Origin: an uncultured Acidimicrobiia bacterium
Lineage (GTDB): Bacteria > Actinomycetota > Acidimicrobiia > Acidimicrobiales > JACDCH01
Length of the DNA: 64,000 nt
Direction: 5' to 3'
Assembly (NCBI GenBank): GCA_963802415.1
Contig: CAWDIH010000002.1
Span: 427,543 to 491,542 of the forward strand
The position numbers were made by a program, and so were the translations under genes. Shown piece after piece: positions 9,515-18,676 of the stretch. How positions within the stretch are numbered: the first letter of the stretch is position 1; each line of letters starts with the position of its first letter. Under the pieces are notes generated by a model. That model was not told the DNA's origin and ran no database searches. It saw nothing but the letters and a program-made list of their open reading frames with translations.

Positions 9515-9628
9515 GCGCGCACATTGTCGACTCAGCCACCGAAACACGTGGCTGAGTCGACACAGACTTCGTCGCTGTGGCGTCTGTGTCGACACAGCCA
9601 CGGAATCGGTGGGTCAGCAGACACGGAC
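9515..9628 (+). repeat. palindromic hairpin repeat array, locus A (2 units)
   Basis: GCGCGCACATTGTCGACTCAGCCAC-cgaaacac-GTGGCTGAGTCGACACAGAC, then a 14-nt spacer, then GTCTGTGTCGACACAGCCAC...GACACGGAC. Lies in a convergent intergenic region. Confidence 0.9.
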
Positions 9629-9660
9629 GCGGACCGGCATCGGGGCGCGTCGCCGGGTCT

Positions 9661-9939
9661 CTACCCCCCGAGGCGCTCCTCGAGGTCGACCGTCACCCGT
9701 TGACCGGCTTCCTTGCCGATCGCGTGGCGCAGATCAGCCTTGATCGGCAGCTTGTGCCTGCCGTCGCCGAGCGCCATGAAGGAGCTTCGGAAGGGGTGGC
9801 CGTCTACACGACCTCGTACCTTGACCAGGCCTCGGGTGCCGAAGAACTCGGCCGAGCCGGCCATGACCACGTAGGTCCAGCCACCGGCGGCCGGACTCTT
9901 CTGCAGGGTGGCGGTGAACTGCTTGTTCAGCTTCTTCAT
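9661..9939 (-). CDS. DUF1905 (YdeI-like) domain protein
   Basis: 92-aa ORF from ATG 9939, with the complement of a GGAGG-type RBS (AGGAGG) at 9945-9950. Sequence GGWTYVVM...[17 protein letters not shown]. Confidence 0.7.
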   Translation of the reverse strand: MKKLNKQFTATLQKSPAAGGWTYVVMAGSAEFFGTRGLVKVRGRVDGHPFRSSFMALGDGRHKLPIKADLRHAIGKEAGQRVTVDLEERLGG

Positions 9940-10007
9940 TCGTGCCTCCTGTTGATGAACCGAACCGCGATCGCGATCGCGGCAATCGTTCACGGAGCGA
10001 CGGGGCG

Positions 10008-10802
10008 TCAGGGTCGCCCGGCTCGCGGCGCGCCGACCGGTTGGATCAGCACAACGCCGTCCGATGCACCGCCGCCGTTGTAGTGGTTGGCCACGATGTA
10101 CAGCAGGCGGCCGTCTTCGCCACCGAGCATGCACGCGAAGCAGCCGCGGTCGGCCTTGACCGTGTCGAGCACCTCGCCGCCTTCGGCGACGCGCGTGCAG
10201 CGCTGTCCGGGAACGCTGGCGTACCAGATCGCCCCGTCGGCGTCCGCGCAAATGCCGTCCGGAGCGGAACCCGGTCCGAGCTCGGCCCAGACACGGCGAT
10301 CAACCAACTCACCCGAGCCGGTGATCGTAAAAGCGGTCAGCCGGTCCGCGTGCGACTCGGCCAGCACGAGTGTGTCCTCACCGAGGACGACCATCCCGTT
10401 CGGAAACAACACATCGTCAGCGACCTGGCGGCTGCTCCCATCAGGCAGCACGACGGAGACGATCCCCGGCTTCGGCTCCTCCCATGGCATCGAGCCCGGC
10501 ATGTCCACCCACGCCCGCCCAGCGGCATCGACGACGATCTCATTGAAGGGCTGCCCGGCCGCGCCGTACGGCTCCAGGTCCGGACCTGCCACCACCCCAC
10601 CCGGCGTGGTGACGACAAGCCGGCCATCGGGAAGCCAATCGATCGAGAACGGCAGCCCCGCCACCCGCGCCACGACCTCGCGGTTCGAGTCGGCGTCAAA
10701 CACCAGCACCTCACCGGCCAGCCAGTCGCACATCCAGAACCGGCCGTCATGCCACCGCGGGGACTCGCCCATCTGAATCCCACTCGCGAACAGCTCAGTC
10801 AT
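10008..10802 (-). CDS. SMP-30/gluconolactonase/LRE family protein
   Basis: [16 protein letters not shown]...[12 protein letters not shown]...[13 protein letters not shown] are beta-propeller repeats of this family. Start at ATG 10802. Confidence 0.8.
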   Translation of the reverse strand: MTELFASGIQMGESPRWHDGRFWMCDWLAGEVLVFDADSNREVVARVAGLPFSIDWLPDGRLVVTTPGGVVAGPDLEPYGAAGQPFNEIVVDAAGRAWVDMPGSMPWEEPKPGIVSVVLPDGSSRQVADDVLFPNGMVVLGEDTLVLAESHADRLTAFTITGSGELVDRRVWAELGPGSAPDGICADADGAIWYASVPGQRCTRVAEGGEVLDTVKADRGCFACMLGGEDGRLLYIVANHYNGGGASDGVVLIQPVGAPRAGRP

Positions 10803-10836
10803 ATGTGAACAGACGCCCGTCGCCCCCAATTCTCAT

Positions 10837-10908
10837 CGGTCACCCACATCACTGGACCGAGAGCGATGCTGATGTGCATGACGGATGAGCCGACGGTGCC
10901 AGCGGGGC
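10837..10908 (+). other. conserved 5' leader element, copy 1 (shared with 63116-63184)
   Basis: About 70 nt, 64/70 identical by hand alignment to the reverse complement of 63116-63184. Contains the stem CACATCA/TGATGTG spanning the ATG codons of the methyltransferase. Confidence 0.6.
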
Positions 10909-11735
10909 CGGGGCTGGGCGATGACGTCAGCGGCGACGGCGTGTTTCACGCGGTGCGTGACGGCTACGAGGCGGTGTACGCGGCGCTGCCGCATGGGGCG
11001 ACCTTCAATCGAATCTGGCGCGAGACCGCCTACCGGGGTGAGTTCCCGATCGAGTTCGCCCACATCGGGTTCCTCACTCTCGCCGAAGCGCGCCGGATGC
11101 TCGATCTGCTTCGGCTACCGCCGGGGGCGGTACTTGTTGACGTCGCGTGCGGCGCGGGCGGCCCCGGGCTGTGGGCCGCGAACGAGACCGACGCGACGCT
11201 CATCGGTATCGATCCGGCAGACGCGGGACTGGCGCTGGCGCGTCAGCGGGCGGCAACCGTCGGACTGGCCGATCGGGCGCGCTTTCAGCGCGGCACGTTC
11301 GCACGGACCGGACTCACCGACGCGTCCGCGGATGCGGTGACGACGGTCGAGGCGTTCCAGTACGCGCCGGACAAGGACGCCGCGCTCCGCGAGTTCGCCC
11401 GCGTGCTCAAACCCGGTGGCCGCGTCGCAATCGTGTGCTTCGAAGTCGATTCCGCCAAGGTGGCCGGCGTTCCCGTTCTCGGCGTCGATCCGATCGAGGA
11501 CTACACGCCGCTGCTCACTGATGCGGGTTTCAGCATCGACGCGTACGAGCAGACGCCGGGTTGGGCGGAACGCGTGTATCCGACGTTCAGTGCGTTGGTC
11601 GACGCCAGCGACGCGCTCGCTGTCGAGATGGGCGAGCGGGCCGCTGCCGGCGCGCTATCCGAGGCGATGCTCACGGTCGCCATGAAGCCGTACCCGAGGC
11701 GAGTGTTGATCGTCGCTGCGCGCGCTCAGGGCTGA
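10866..11735 (+). CDS. class I SAM-dependent methyltransferase
   Basis: VLVDVACGAGGPG (motif I) and LKPGGRVAIV. Several in-frame ATGs at 10866, 10872 and 10878. Confidence 0.85.
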   Translation: MLMCMTDEPTVPAGPGLGDDVSGDGVFHAVRDGYEAVYAALPHGATFNRIWRETAYRGEFPIEFAHIGFLTLAEARRMLDLLRLPPGAVLVDVACGAGGPGLWAANETDATLIGIDPADAGLALARQRAATVGLADRARFQRGTFARTGLTDASADAVTTVEAFQYAPDKDAALREFARVLKPGGRVAIVCFEVDSAKVAGVPVLGVDPIEDYTPLLTDAGFSIDAYEQTPGWAERVYPTFSALVDASDALAVEMGERAAAGALSEAMLTVAMKPYPRRVLIVAARAQG

Positions 11736-12634
11736 AGGACGTACTTCCCGCGTACGCCGCCCTTCGCGACCGCGCGGTGGGCGCCCGCGACCTGGTCGAT
11801 CGGAAGGACGGCGTGCACCCGCGCCGGCAGGTGCCCGCTCGCGGTGGCGTCGAGAAGCTCTGCGAGCCGGACACCGTCGGGGTGGGTCACCACCACGCGG
11901 ACGGTGACGCCCCGCTCCTCTGCGGGCGCGGCGCCCGGCTGCACGCCGACGAAGAGGCCGTGGTCGCGGACCAGCGCGACGCCCCGCTCCTGGAGCACCG
12001 CACCGTCGGCGACGGCGTCCCAGCCGGGAGCCTCCTCGGTGGTGAAATCGGCGCCGAGGCCGCGCACGAACTTCTCGTCCGTGGCGCGCGCCAGTCCGGT
12101 GACCCGCCACCCGCGGTCCTGGGCGAGCGGGATGACGTACCCCCCGAGCGCGCCTGCCGCCCCGGTCACCAGCAGGCTCCGGTCTCCGCCGTCGCCGAGC
12201 AGGTCGACCAGCTGGGCTGCGGCCAGGCCGTTGAGCGGGACGGTGGCCGCCGTCGCCAGGTCGAGACCGTCGGGCACGAGGGCGGTGTCGATCGCCGTAA
12301 CGACGAGCTGCTCGGCGTAGGTGCCGTAGTCGCGGTCGAACCCGTCGACCAACCCGGCGACGCGGCAGCCGACCGGGAGGTCGACGCCAGGGCCGGCGGC
12401 GGCGACGGTGCCCGAGAAGTCCCAGCCCAGGCCGGTGTGGGCGGGCTGGTGGACCAGGCCGAGCCTGTGGAAAACCCCGGCGGCGAGCGCCAGGTCGACA
12501 GGGTTGACCGTGGCCGCCGCGATCTCGACGCGGACCTGGCCCGGCCCGGGCTCGACGACGGGTACGTCGATGATCTCGATGGAGTCGGGACCACCGGGCG
12601 TGCGGACGACTGCGGTGCGGAAGGTGGTGGACAT
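11726..12634 (-). CDS. NADPH:quinone oxidoreductase / MDR family
   Basis: Start ATG 12634, preceded by a GGAG. Sequence VRVEIAAATVNPVD...LLVTGAAGALGGYVIPLA. Divergent from an HxlR regulator. Confidence 0.85.
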   Translation of the reverse strand: MSTTFRTAVVRTPGGPDSIEIIDVPVVEPGPGQVRVEIAAATVNPVDLALAAGVFHRLGLVHQPAHTGLGWDFSGTVAAAGPGVDLPVGCRVAGLVDGFDRDYGTYAEQLVVTAIDTALVPDGLDLATAATVPLNGLAAAQLVDLLGDGGDRSLLVTGAAGALGGYVIPLAQDRGWRVTGLARATDEKFVRGLGADFTTEEAPGWDAVADGAVLQERGVALVRDHGLFVGVQPGAAPAEERGVTVRVVVTHPDGVRLAELLDATASGHLPARVHAVLPIDQVAGAHRAVAKGGVRGKYVLQP

Positions 12635-12749
12635 GTTCGCCTCCTGTGGACTTTTCGGTGGTACTCGTCCACTATGGAGGAGTAACTCTCCAGCGGGAAG
12701 TAGGCACCTTGAAGTGCGTATCACACCGCGCGGTAGGAAGGAGCGGTCG

Positions 12750-13265
12750 ATGCCGACGATGAGCGCAGCCGAGAAGCGATCGCAGGCGAAGATGGAGTAC
12801 GACGCGTTCCTGGCGAGTTGTCCCAGCCGTGGGCTGCTCGATCGGATCTCCGACAAGTGGGTGGCGCTGGTCCTGGCCGCGCTCGGCAGCGACGGCCCGC
12901 ACCCCGGGCAGGACTGCGTCGGCGAGCCGCAGTCGATGCGCTACTCCGAGCTGTCCCGCCGCCTGGCCGGGGTCAGCCAGAAGATGCTCACGCAGACGCT
13001 GCGCTCGCTCGAACGCGATGGCTTGCTCACCCGCTCGGTGACGCCGACCGTGCCTGTCACCGTCACATACGAACTGACCGACCTCGGATACTCGCTCGAC
13101 GTCGTCATGCGCGGCATCAAGGTGTGGGCGGAGGGGCACATGGACGAAGTGCTCGCCAACCGCGACAAGTACGACGCCGCGCGTCGCCTAGCGCAGTCCT
13201 ATGGCTGCACCTGCGATGGCAGTCGTCCTGCCGACGATGACCGAGCGACGAGAGCCGCTGGCTGA
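12750..13265 (+). CDS. HxlR-family winged-helix transcriptional regulator
   Basis: CPSRGLLDRISDKWVALVL...RYSELSRRLAGVSQKMLTQTLRSLERDGLLTR...VTYELT. RBS AGGAAGGAG upstream. The C-terminal tail overlaps the next gene. Confidence 0.85.
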   Translation: MPTMSAAEKRSQAKMEYDAFLASCPSRGLLDRISDKWVALVLAALGSDGPHPGQDCVGEPQSMRYSELSRRLAGVSQKMLTQTLRSLERDGLLTRSVTPTVPVTVTYELTDLGYSLDVVMRGIKVWAEGHMDEVLANRDKYDAARRLAQSYGCTCDGSRPADDDRATRAAG

Positions 13266-14115
13266 CGTGGTCGCCGCGGCCCGCCGCGCCGAGGATCTCG
13301 GTTTCGAATCGGCGTGGGCTGTCGACCAGCTCGTCGCAGGCACCGGGGTTCCGTTCATCGACAGCACCGTGGCGCTGAGCGCGGCGGCCGGCGCCACCTC
13401 CAACCTTCGCCTCGGTTACGGCGTGATGGTGTTGCCATTGCGTCCGGTGGTGTGGGCGGCCAAGCAGGTCGCGTCGCTGCAGGCCGTGTCGGGTGGCCGG
13501 GTGCTCTTCGGTGTGGGGGTCGGCGGAGACCGTCACGACTTGTCATGGGACGCGGTCGGCGTACCGCGACGCGAACGCGGCCGGCGCACGGACGCCGCCC
13601 TCGCCGTCCTTTCCGAGCTCATCGCAGGCAAAGCGGTTGACGTCGAGGGCAGGACAATCCAGTTGTCACCGGGCGTCGCAGTACCGCCGATCATCGTGGG
13701 CGGGACGGCCGACGCCGCGCTCGCCAGAACCGCTCGCCACGCAGACGGGTGGTACTCGCTGCCGCTCCCGCCGCCACAGATCGCGGCGTCGATCGCTCGT
13801 CTGGCCGAGCTAGCGGGTGAGATCGGGCGGCCCACTCCCGCGATCACCGCCAGCGTGATGGTGGCGATCGAAGGCGATTCCACGCTTCCCGACGACGACG
13901 GACTTGTTCGGCGGCTGAGCGACCCGAAAGGACTCTTCGGTATCCCTGCCGACGCGGCGCGCGACATGGTCGTCACCGGCGGCCCGCCGGTCGTGGCCGA
14001 ACGCATCAGCGCGCTGCGCGCCATCGGAGCGGAGCGGATTGTCGTCTCCATCGCGGCGGGCGATTGGGATCGGCAGTCGGAGCTCATCGCCGAAGCGGCG
14101 GCTCTCGTCGACTGA
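13216..14115 (+). CDS. LLM-class (luciferase-like) flavin/F420-dependent oxidoreductase
   Basis: AEDLGFESAWAVDQL...LRLGYGVMVLPLRP...GGRVLFGVGVG. Start uncertain, ATG 13201 or 13216. Confidence 0.8.
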   Translation: MAVVLPTMTERREPLADVVAAARRAEDLGFESAWAVDQLVAGTGVPFIDSTVALSAAAGATSNLRLGYGVMVLPLRPVVWAAKQVASLQAVSGGRVLFGVGVGGDRHDLSWDAVGVPRRERGRRTDAALAVLSELIAGKAVDVEGRTIQLSPGVAVPPIIVGGTADAALARTARHADGWYSLPLPPPQIAASIARLAELAGEIGRPTPAITASVMVAIEGDSTLPDDDGLVRRLSDPKGLFGIPADAARDMVVTGGPPVVAERISALRAIGAERIVVSIAAGDWDRQSELIAEAAALVD

Positions 14116-14133
14116 GCCCTGCGGCGACTGACG

Positions 14134-14883
14134 ATGGCGTCGTTCGACGAACTGGTGGCCGAGGCGAGCACTGCGCCTATCGTCGGCTGGGACTTCAGCT
14201 GGCTCGAGGGGCGAGCGACGGAGGAGCGACCGAGCTGGCACTACGCGGCGCGGGTCGCGGAGCGGGCGGCGACCACTGAACGCATGCTCGATCTCGAGTG
14301 CGGTGGCGGCGAGCTCCTCGCCGGGCTGCCGCAGTTCCCACGCGTGCTCGTAGGCGCCGAGGGCTACCCGCCCAATACGACGATCGCTGCTCAGCGGTTG
14401 CGCCCACGGGGTGGGTACGTCGTGGCGATCGAGCCGGAACGCCAGGCGCTTCCGTTCAGGTCGGCATCATTCGACCTCGTCACCAGTCGACATCCGATCG
14501 CGACGTGGTGGGCTGAGATCTACCGCGTGCTCAGTCCGGGCGGAACGTACTTCTCCCAGCAGGTCGGCCCCCACAGCGTCGGCGAACTGAGTGAGTTCAT
14601 GTTGGGTCCGATCCCACCGTCCGGACGGGACCCGGAGCGAGCGCGCCTGGCGGCTCAGGCTGCCGGGCTCGTGGTGCGGGATCTGCGGGTCGAACGTCTC
14701 AGAACCGTCTTCGATGACGTCGGGGCGGTCGTCTACTTCCTCCGGCTGGTCGTATGGATCGTGCCGGGCTTCACGGTCGAGCGGTTCCGTGACCGGCTCG
14801 TCGCGCTCCACGCGCAGATCGAGCGCGACGGACCCTTCGTCGCTCACGCCACTCGATTCCTCATCGAGGCGTCGAAACCGTGA
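14134..14883 (+). CDS. class I SAM-dependent methyltransferase
   Basis: MLDLECGGGELL (motif I), FDLVTSRH and LSPGGTYFSQQVG. Confidence 0.8.
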   Translation: MASFDELVAEASTAPIVGWDFSWLEGRATEERPSWHYAARVAERAATTERMLDLECGGGELLAGLPQFPRVLVGAEGYPPNTTIAAQRLRPRGGYVVAIEPERQALPFRSASFDLVTSRHPIATWWAEIYRVLSPGGTYFSQQVGPHSVGELSEFMLGPIPPSGRDPERARLAAQAAGLVVRDLRVERLRTVFDDVGAVVYFLRLVVWIVPGFTVERFRDRLVALHAQIERDGPFVAHATRFLIEASKP

Positions 14884-14917
14884 TCCGAGGCGCCTGGCGA
14901 TTTCCATTGCCGGCGGA

Positions 14918-15818
14918 TCAGGTCGTGCGCAGCCATTGCATCGCCAGCGCCAGGAAGGCGTCTGCCGGTGAGGACAGCTTCCGGTCGACGCTCCACGCGA
15001 GTGCCGTGTGTCGATCGACGACTGCCGGGTCGAGTTCGACGACCGTGACTGCTGCCCCGGCAACGGTGCTGGCGTCGACGATCGAGCGCGGCACGATGGT
15101 GACGCCCAGTCCGGCGGCAACCAGCTCGCAGAGCAGCTGCGTATCGGTTGTCTCGAGCGCGACCTGGGGGGCGAAGCCAGCGACGTCGCAGGCATGCTCG
15201 ACGTGACGGCGTAGCGTCGAGTTGCGCGTGAGGCTCACGAAGGTCTCGCCGCGTAGCTCGCCTACCGAAACGGACTTCCGGGCTGCCAACGGATGCTCGC
15301 CTGCGGTGACGAGAACGAGTGGCTCGACGGACAGAACCTCGATGGCGATGCCGTCGGGCGCGAGACCCGACGTGAGTCCGACGATCACGACGTCGTGCTC
15401 TCCTCGGCGAAGGCGCTCGAGCAAGGCCACAGGTTGGTGTTCGCTCAGGCTCATGTCGACGGCGGGATGCTTCGTGTGGAATGCGGCGAGGAGACCTGCC
15501 ACGTCGAGGTGGGGGATACCGGGGATCAGACCGATTGTGAGCCGGCCGACGACGATCCCATGGAGCGCGGCGAGGGCCTGACGTCCGGCGTCGGTTGCCG
15601 CCGAGCGCGTCTCGGGCGTGTGGCAGGAGTGCTGCGCCCGCCGCCGTCAGGCGCGGGCGACGTTGCGATCGATCGAAGAGGGGCGCGCCGAGCTCAGCTT
15701 CCAGGCGTCGGATCTGCTGGCTCACGCCGGGCTGCGCCACGTGCAGCCGCTCGGCAGCGCGCGTGAAGCTCTCCTCGTGCGCGACGGCGACGAAGTACGC
15801 GAGCTGCCGAAGTTCCAT
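14918..15818 (-). pseudogene. LysR-family transcriptional regulator, frameshifted near 15593-15602
   Basis: The N-terminal HTH (MELRQLAYFVAVAHEESFTRAAERLHVAQPGVSQQIRRLE) starts at ATG 15818. The substrate-binding domain continues in another frame (...GRLTIGLIPGIPHLDVAGLLAAFHTKHP, ORF 14918-15502). Confidence 0.8.
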
Positions 15819-15830
15819 TCTCCGAACCTC

Positions 15831-15845
15831 ATAAGGATTCGTTAT
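15831..15845. promoter_or_regulatory. candidate LysR box (T-N11-A type)
   Basis: ATAAGGATTCGTTAT is an ATAA-N7-TTAT dyad. It sits in the low-GC divergent region between the LysR gene and the DUF2231 gene. Confidence 0.45.
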
Positions 15846-15903
15846 CAGCTTGTATCGACAATATGTCTTGGACTTCTGACAAGGTACCGTCGACGATGAG
15901 CCG

Positions 15904-16536
15904 ATGAACGGTGATGGCGCTGGCTCCCACCAAGGACTTGCGCTGTCGTTTCGGGGCCTGCGGTTCCGTGGGCGGAAGTTCCTGGGACTTGGAGGTTGGC
16001 AAGGCAAGCCCCTCCACCCTCCCTTCGCTGCGGTGCCGATGGGGACGACCGTCACTGCCGCGATCTTCGATGTCACGTCGTCGGTCGCGTCGAGCCGTCC
16101 GCTGTACCGGTCGGCGACGATTGTGCTGATCGTTGGCCAAGCGTTCGTGGTCTTGGCGGTGATCACCGGCTGGTGGGACAGACGGAGGCTCACCACACGC
16201 GGGACCGAGTCGCGGCGGGGCGCGAACGCGCACGGTTGGCTGATGCTGCTGTTCGGCGCTGTCAGCTTCATCGACATTGCTGTGCGGCGGGCGTTCTACG
16301 TCGATGCGACGCACACGCCTGGGGTGTGCGTGATCGCGACGGTGGTGCTCCTTCTCGTCGCGATCACGGGCGGGACACTCGGCGGCTCGCTCGTCTTCGA
16401 GCACGGACTCGCCGTCGAGCCGGCGCTGACGGATGACCCGCCCTCGGCTCCGGTCGACGTCGTCGACGCCGCAACCACTCGTGTGCCGCAGGACCACAAA
16501 ATGGGAGGATCACTCTCCCCTCTCCCAAGGAGGTGA
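15904..16536 (+). CDS. DUF2231-like integral membrane protein
   Basis: PLHPPFAAVPMGTTV motif plus about four hydrophobic segments. The start position is uncertain. Confidence 0.6.
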   Translation: MNGDGAGSHQGLALSFRGLRFRGRKFLGLGGWQGKPLHPPFAAVPMGTTVTAAIFDVTSSVASSRPLYRSATIVLIVGQAFVVLAVITGWWDRRRLTTRGTESRRGANAHGWLMLLFGAVSFIDIAVRRAFYVDATHTPGVCVIATVVLLLVAITGGTLGGSLVFEHGLAVEPALTDDPPSAPVDVVDAATTRVPQDHKMGGSLSPLPRR

Positions 16537-16538
16537 CG

Positions 16539-18530
16539 ATGCCCTACCGTGTCGACCGCATCCCAGGTCAGGTCATGGCCGTCAACGCGTTCGTGATCCA
16601 CGGTCCCGACGGCCTCGTCGTCGTGGACGGCATGCTGACCGTCACCGACGCCGGCCTGGTGCGCCACGCCCTCGACGAGGCGGACCGCCCGCTCGCCGGT
16701 GTCGTGGTCACCCACCCGCATCCCGACCACTACGCCGGGCTGTGGCACCTGGTCGGCGACGACGATGTCCCGATCATGGCGACTCGCGCCGTCGACGAGG
16801 TCATCCGCCGCGACGACGCCATCAAGAACGACATCGTCGGACCCATGATGGGCGACGAGTGGCCCACCACCCGACGGTTCCCCAACCAGACCGTCGACCC
16901 CGGCACACACGTGAGCCTCGGGGGTGTCACGTTCGAGGTCAACGGACTGGGACCGGGCGAATCAGACTTCGACAGCCTGTGGCGCCTCGACGCCGGCACG
17001 ATCTTCGCGGGTGACATCGCCTACAGCGGTATGCACGCCTACCTCGCCGACGGCCACTGGGAGGACTGGCTCGCCACCCTGTCCCGCCTCGAGCACGAGC
17101 TACCCGAGGACGTCGCCCTGCACGTCGGCCACGGCCCCGCCGGCGGCAAGGAGCTGCTCTCGAACCAACGCCGATACATCGAGGCGTTCGTCGCGGCCGT
17201 CAGCGACAACGCCGAGGTCGTCGCCACAGGCGACCATTCTCCAGTGATCGCCGCCATGACGGAGTTGCTTCCGACCGAGGAGCTGCTGTTCCTCATGGAT
17301 CTGAGCATCGATCCCGTCCTCGCCGCGTTGCCCGCCTCGCGGGCTCGATCCATGGCGGTCCCGCTCCCTACCTCCGATGAGGTGCTGCTGACGCCACCGG
17401 ACCCCCGCGAGGTCGCGCTCACCGCCCGCGGCGTGGCGTCGGCGGCTGCTCCCGTGTCGGGTCTCACGGAGCTGCAGCGCGTGCTCCTCGAGGCACTGTT
17501 CCCGGCCATGACCGGTCACGCGGTCGACCTCGCCGACTTCGAGCCGATGCCACCGGCGGAGCTGGCCGAGGTCCTCCGCCGCCGCGACCTCCAGTTCCGC
17601 ACCCGCGGAGTGCAGGTGATGCTGCTCGCCGCCCTCGTCCTGCGACCTCTGCCCGCTGAGGTCGCCGATCGCATTGCGCTCTACGCGGCAGAGCTTGGCG
17701 TGGACGAGGAGATGGTCGTCGTCGCCCGCGAGTTCGCGGCTGGTGCCCTCGGCCTTGCTGCGACCGATTTCGAACGCAACGGCTACACCGCGACCTGGGG
17801 CACCGATGATGTGGACGCGCTGCACACATCGGTCGAGTTGTCCTCGCCCTGGGATGTTGCGGTGCACGATCCTGACTTGGCGGCGCGGTGGCACCAGCTG
17901 GAATCGCTCCCGACGGGGACGCTCGGCCGGCGCGTGTGGGAGCTGTACCAGGCCCGCGGCTTTCAGTTCCCAGGCCTGCCGGGGTCGGCGCCTCCGCTGT
18001 TGGCCCAGCACGACTGGGTCCACGTCCTCGCTGACTACGGGACCACCGTCGAGTCCGAGCTCGAGGTGTTCGGGTTCATCGCTCGCGCCAACGACGACAT
18101 GCGCGCCTTCTCGCTCCTGGCCATGGTCGTCTCTCTGTTCGAGACCGGCTACCTGGCGACCGGCGCCGGGCTGTTCCAGGCCGCGCCCGGCCACCTCTCG
18201 GCCGACCGAACCGTCGTGGTGCGGCTCTCCGATGCGATGCGCCGGGGCGCGCTGTGCCGCGACACCGCGGCGGGGAGCGACAGCATCGATTACTTGCGCG
18301 TCGACTGGTTCGCGCTGGCGTCAGTCCCTGTCGACGACGTCCGTACACGCTTCCATGTCGTGCCGAAGTCGCCGGAGGCGAACGCGGCCGGCTCCGTCGG
18401 GCCCTGGGATCACGGCGGCATCAGCCCCTTCCAGCTCAACGCGGGGCGTGAGCTGGCCCGCCGCCTCGGTCGTTCCTACGACGCCTACGGCGCCTCGACT
18501 ACCGCCGTCGGACCCGACGCGCCTGCCTGA
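16539..18530 (+). CDS. MBL-fold metallo-hydrolase fused to a Coq4-like C-terminal domain
   Basis: The N-terminus has VVVTHPHPDHYAG (HxHxDH). The C-terminus has HDWVHVLADYGTTVESELEVFGF, which fits the Coq4 HDxxH-x10-E metal motif. AAGGAGG lies 7 nt before ATG 16539, inside the end of the upstream gene. Confidence 0.7.
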   Translation: MPYRVDRIPGQVMAVNAFVIHGPDGLVVVDGMLTVTDAGLVRHALDEADRPLAGVVVTHPHPDHYAGLWHLVGDDDVPIMATRAVDEVIRRDDAIKNDIVGPMMGDEWPTTRRFPNQTVDPGTHVSLGGVTFEVNGLGPGESDFDSLWRLDAGTIFAGDIAYSGMHAYLADGHWEDWLATLSRLEHELPEDVALHVGHGPAGGKELLSNQRRYIEAFVAAVSDNAEVVATGDHSPVIAAMTELLPTEELLFLMDLSIDPVLAALPASRARSMAVPLPTSDEVLLTPPDPREVALTARGVASAAAPVSGLTELQRVLLEALFPAMTGHAVDLADFEPMPPAELAEVLRRRDLQFRTRGVQVMLLAALVLRPLPAEVADRIALYAAELGVDEEMVVVAREFAAGALGLAATDFERNGYTATWGTDDVDALHTSVELSSPWDVAVHDPDLAARWHQLESLPTGTLGRRVWELYQARGFQFPGLPGSAPPLLAQHDWVHVLADYGTTVESELEVFGFIARANDDMRAFSLLAMVVSLFETGYLATGAGLFQAAPGHLSADRTVVVRLSDAMRRGALCRDTAAGSDSIDYLRVDWFALASVPVDDVRTRFHVVPKSPEANAAGSVGPWDHGGISPFQLNAGRELARRLGRSYDAYGASTTAVGPDAPA

Positions 18531-18676
18531 CGAGGGATCGGGCGGGTCACCGCTTCGTCGAGTGCCCGACGCCGCACACAGCGGCAACCTCTCGAGACGC
18601 GGCAAGGGCCACGCCGACCCTCACGATTTGCTCGACGATTTGTACGGCCGACTCGGTCGCGAGTAGCGGTGAGGAC

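Noticed and set aside
9515-9628. The repeat arrays (also at 24869, 35060, 55022 and 59420) superficially resemble small CRISPR arrays, being regularly spaced repeats with intervening unique sequence.
   Set aside because: - Units are ~47-nt near-perfect palindromes.
- Spacers are only 12-14 nt and are related between loci.
- Arrays hold 2-4 units and sit just after stop codons.
- No cas genes or leader are present.
15846-15870. CGACAATATG resembles the hairpin-repeat terminus (CGACAATGTG) in the LysR/DUF2231 intergenic region.
   Set aside because: Only about 9 of 12 nt match and no adjacent hairpin unit is present. It is most likely chance similarity in a low-GC promoter region.
14844-16277. 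A 477-aa minus-strand ORF.
   Set aside because: Only the segment from ATG 15818 to ~15600 (the LysR HTH) is genuine. Upstream it is antisense to the DUF2231 gene. Downstream it is the wrong frame of the LysR effector domain.
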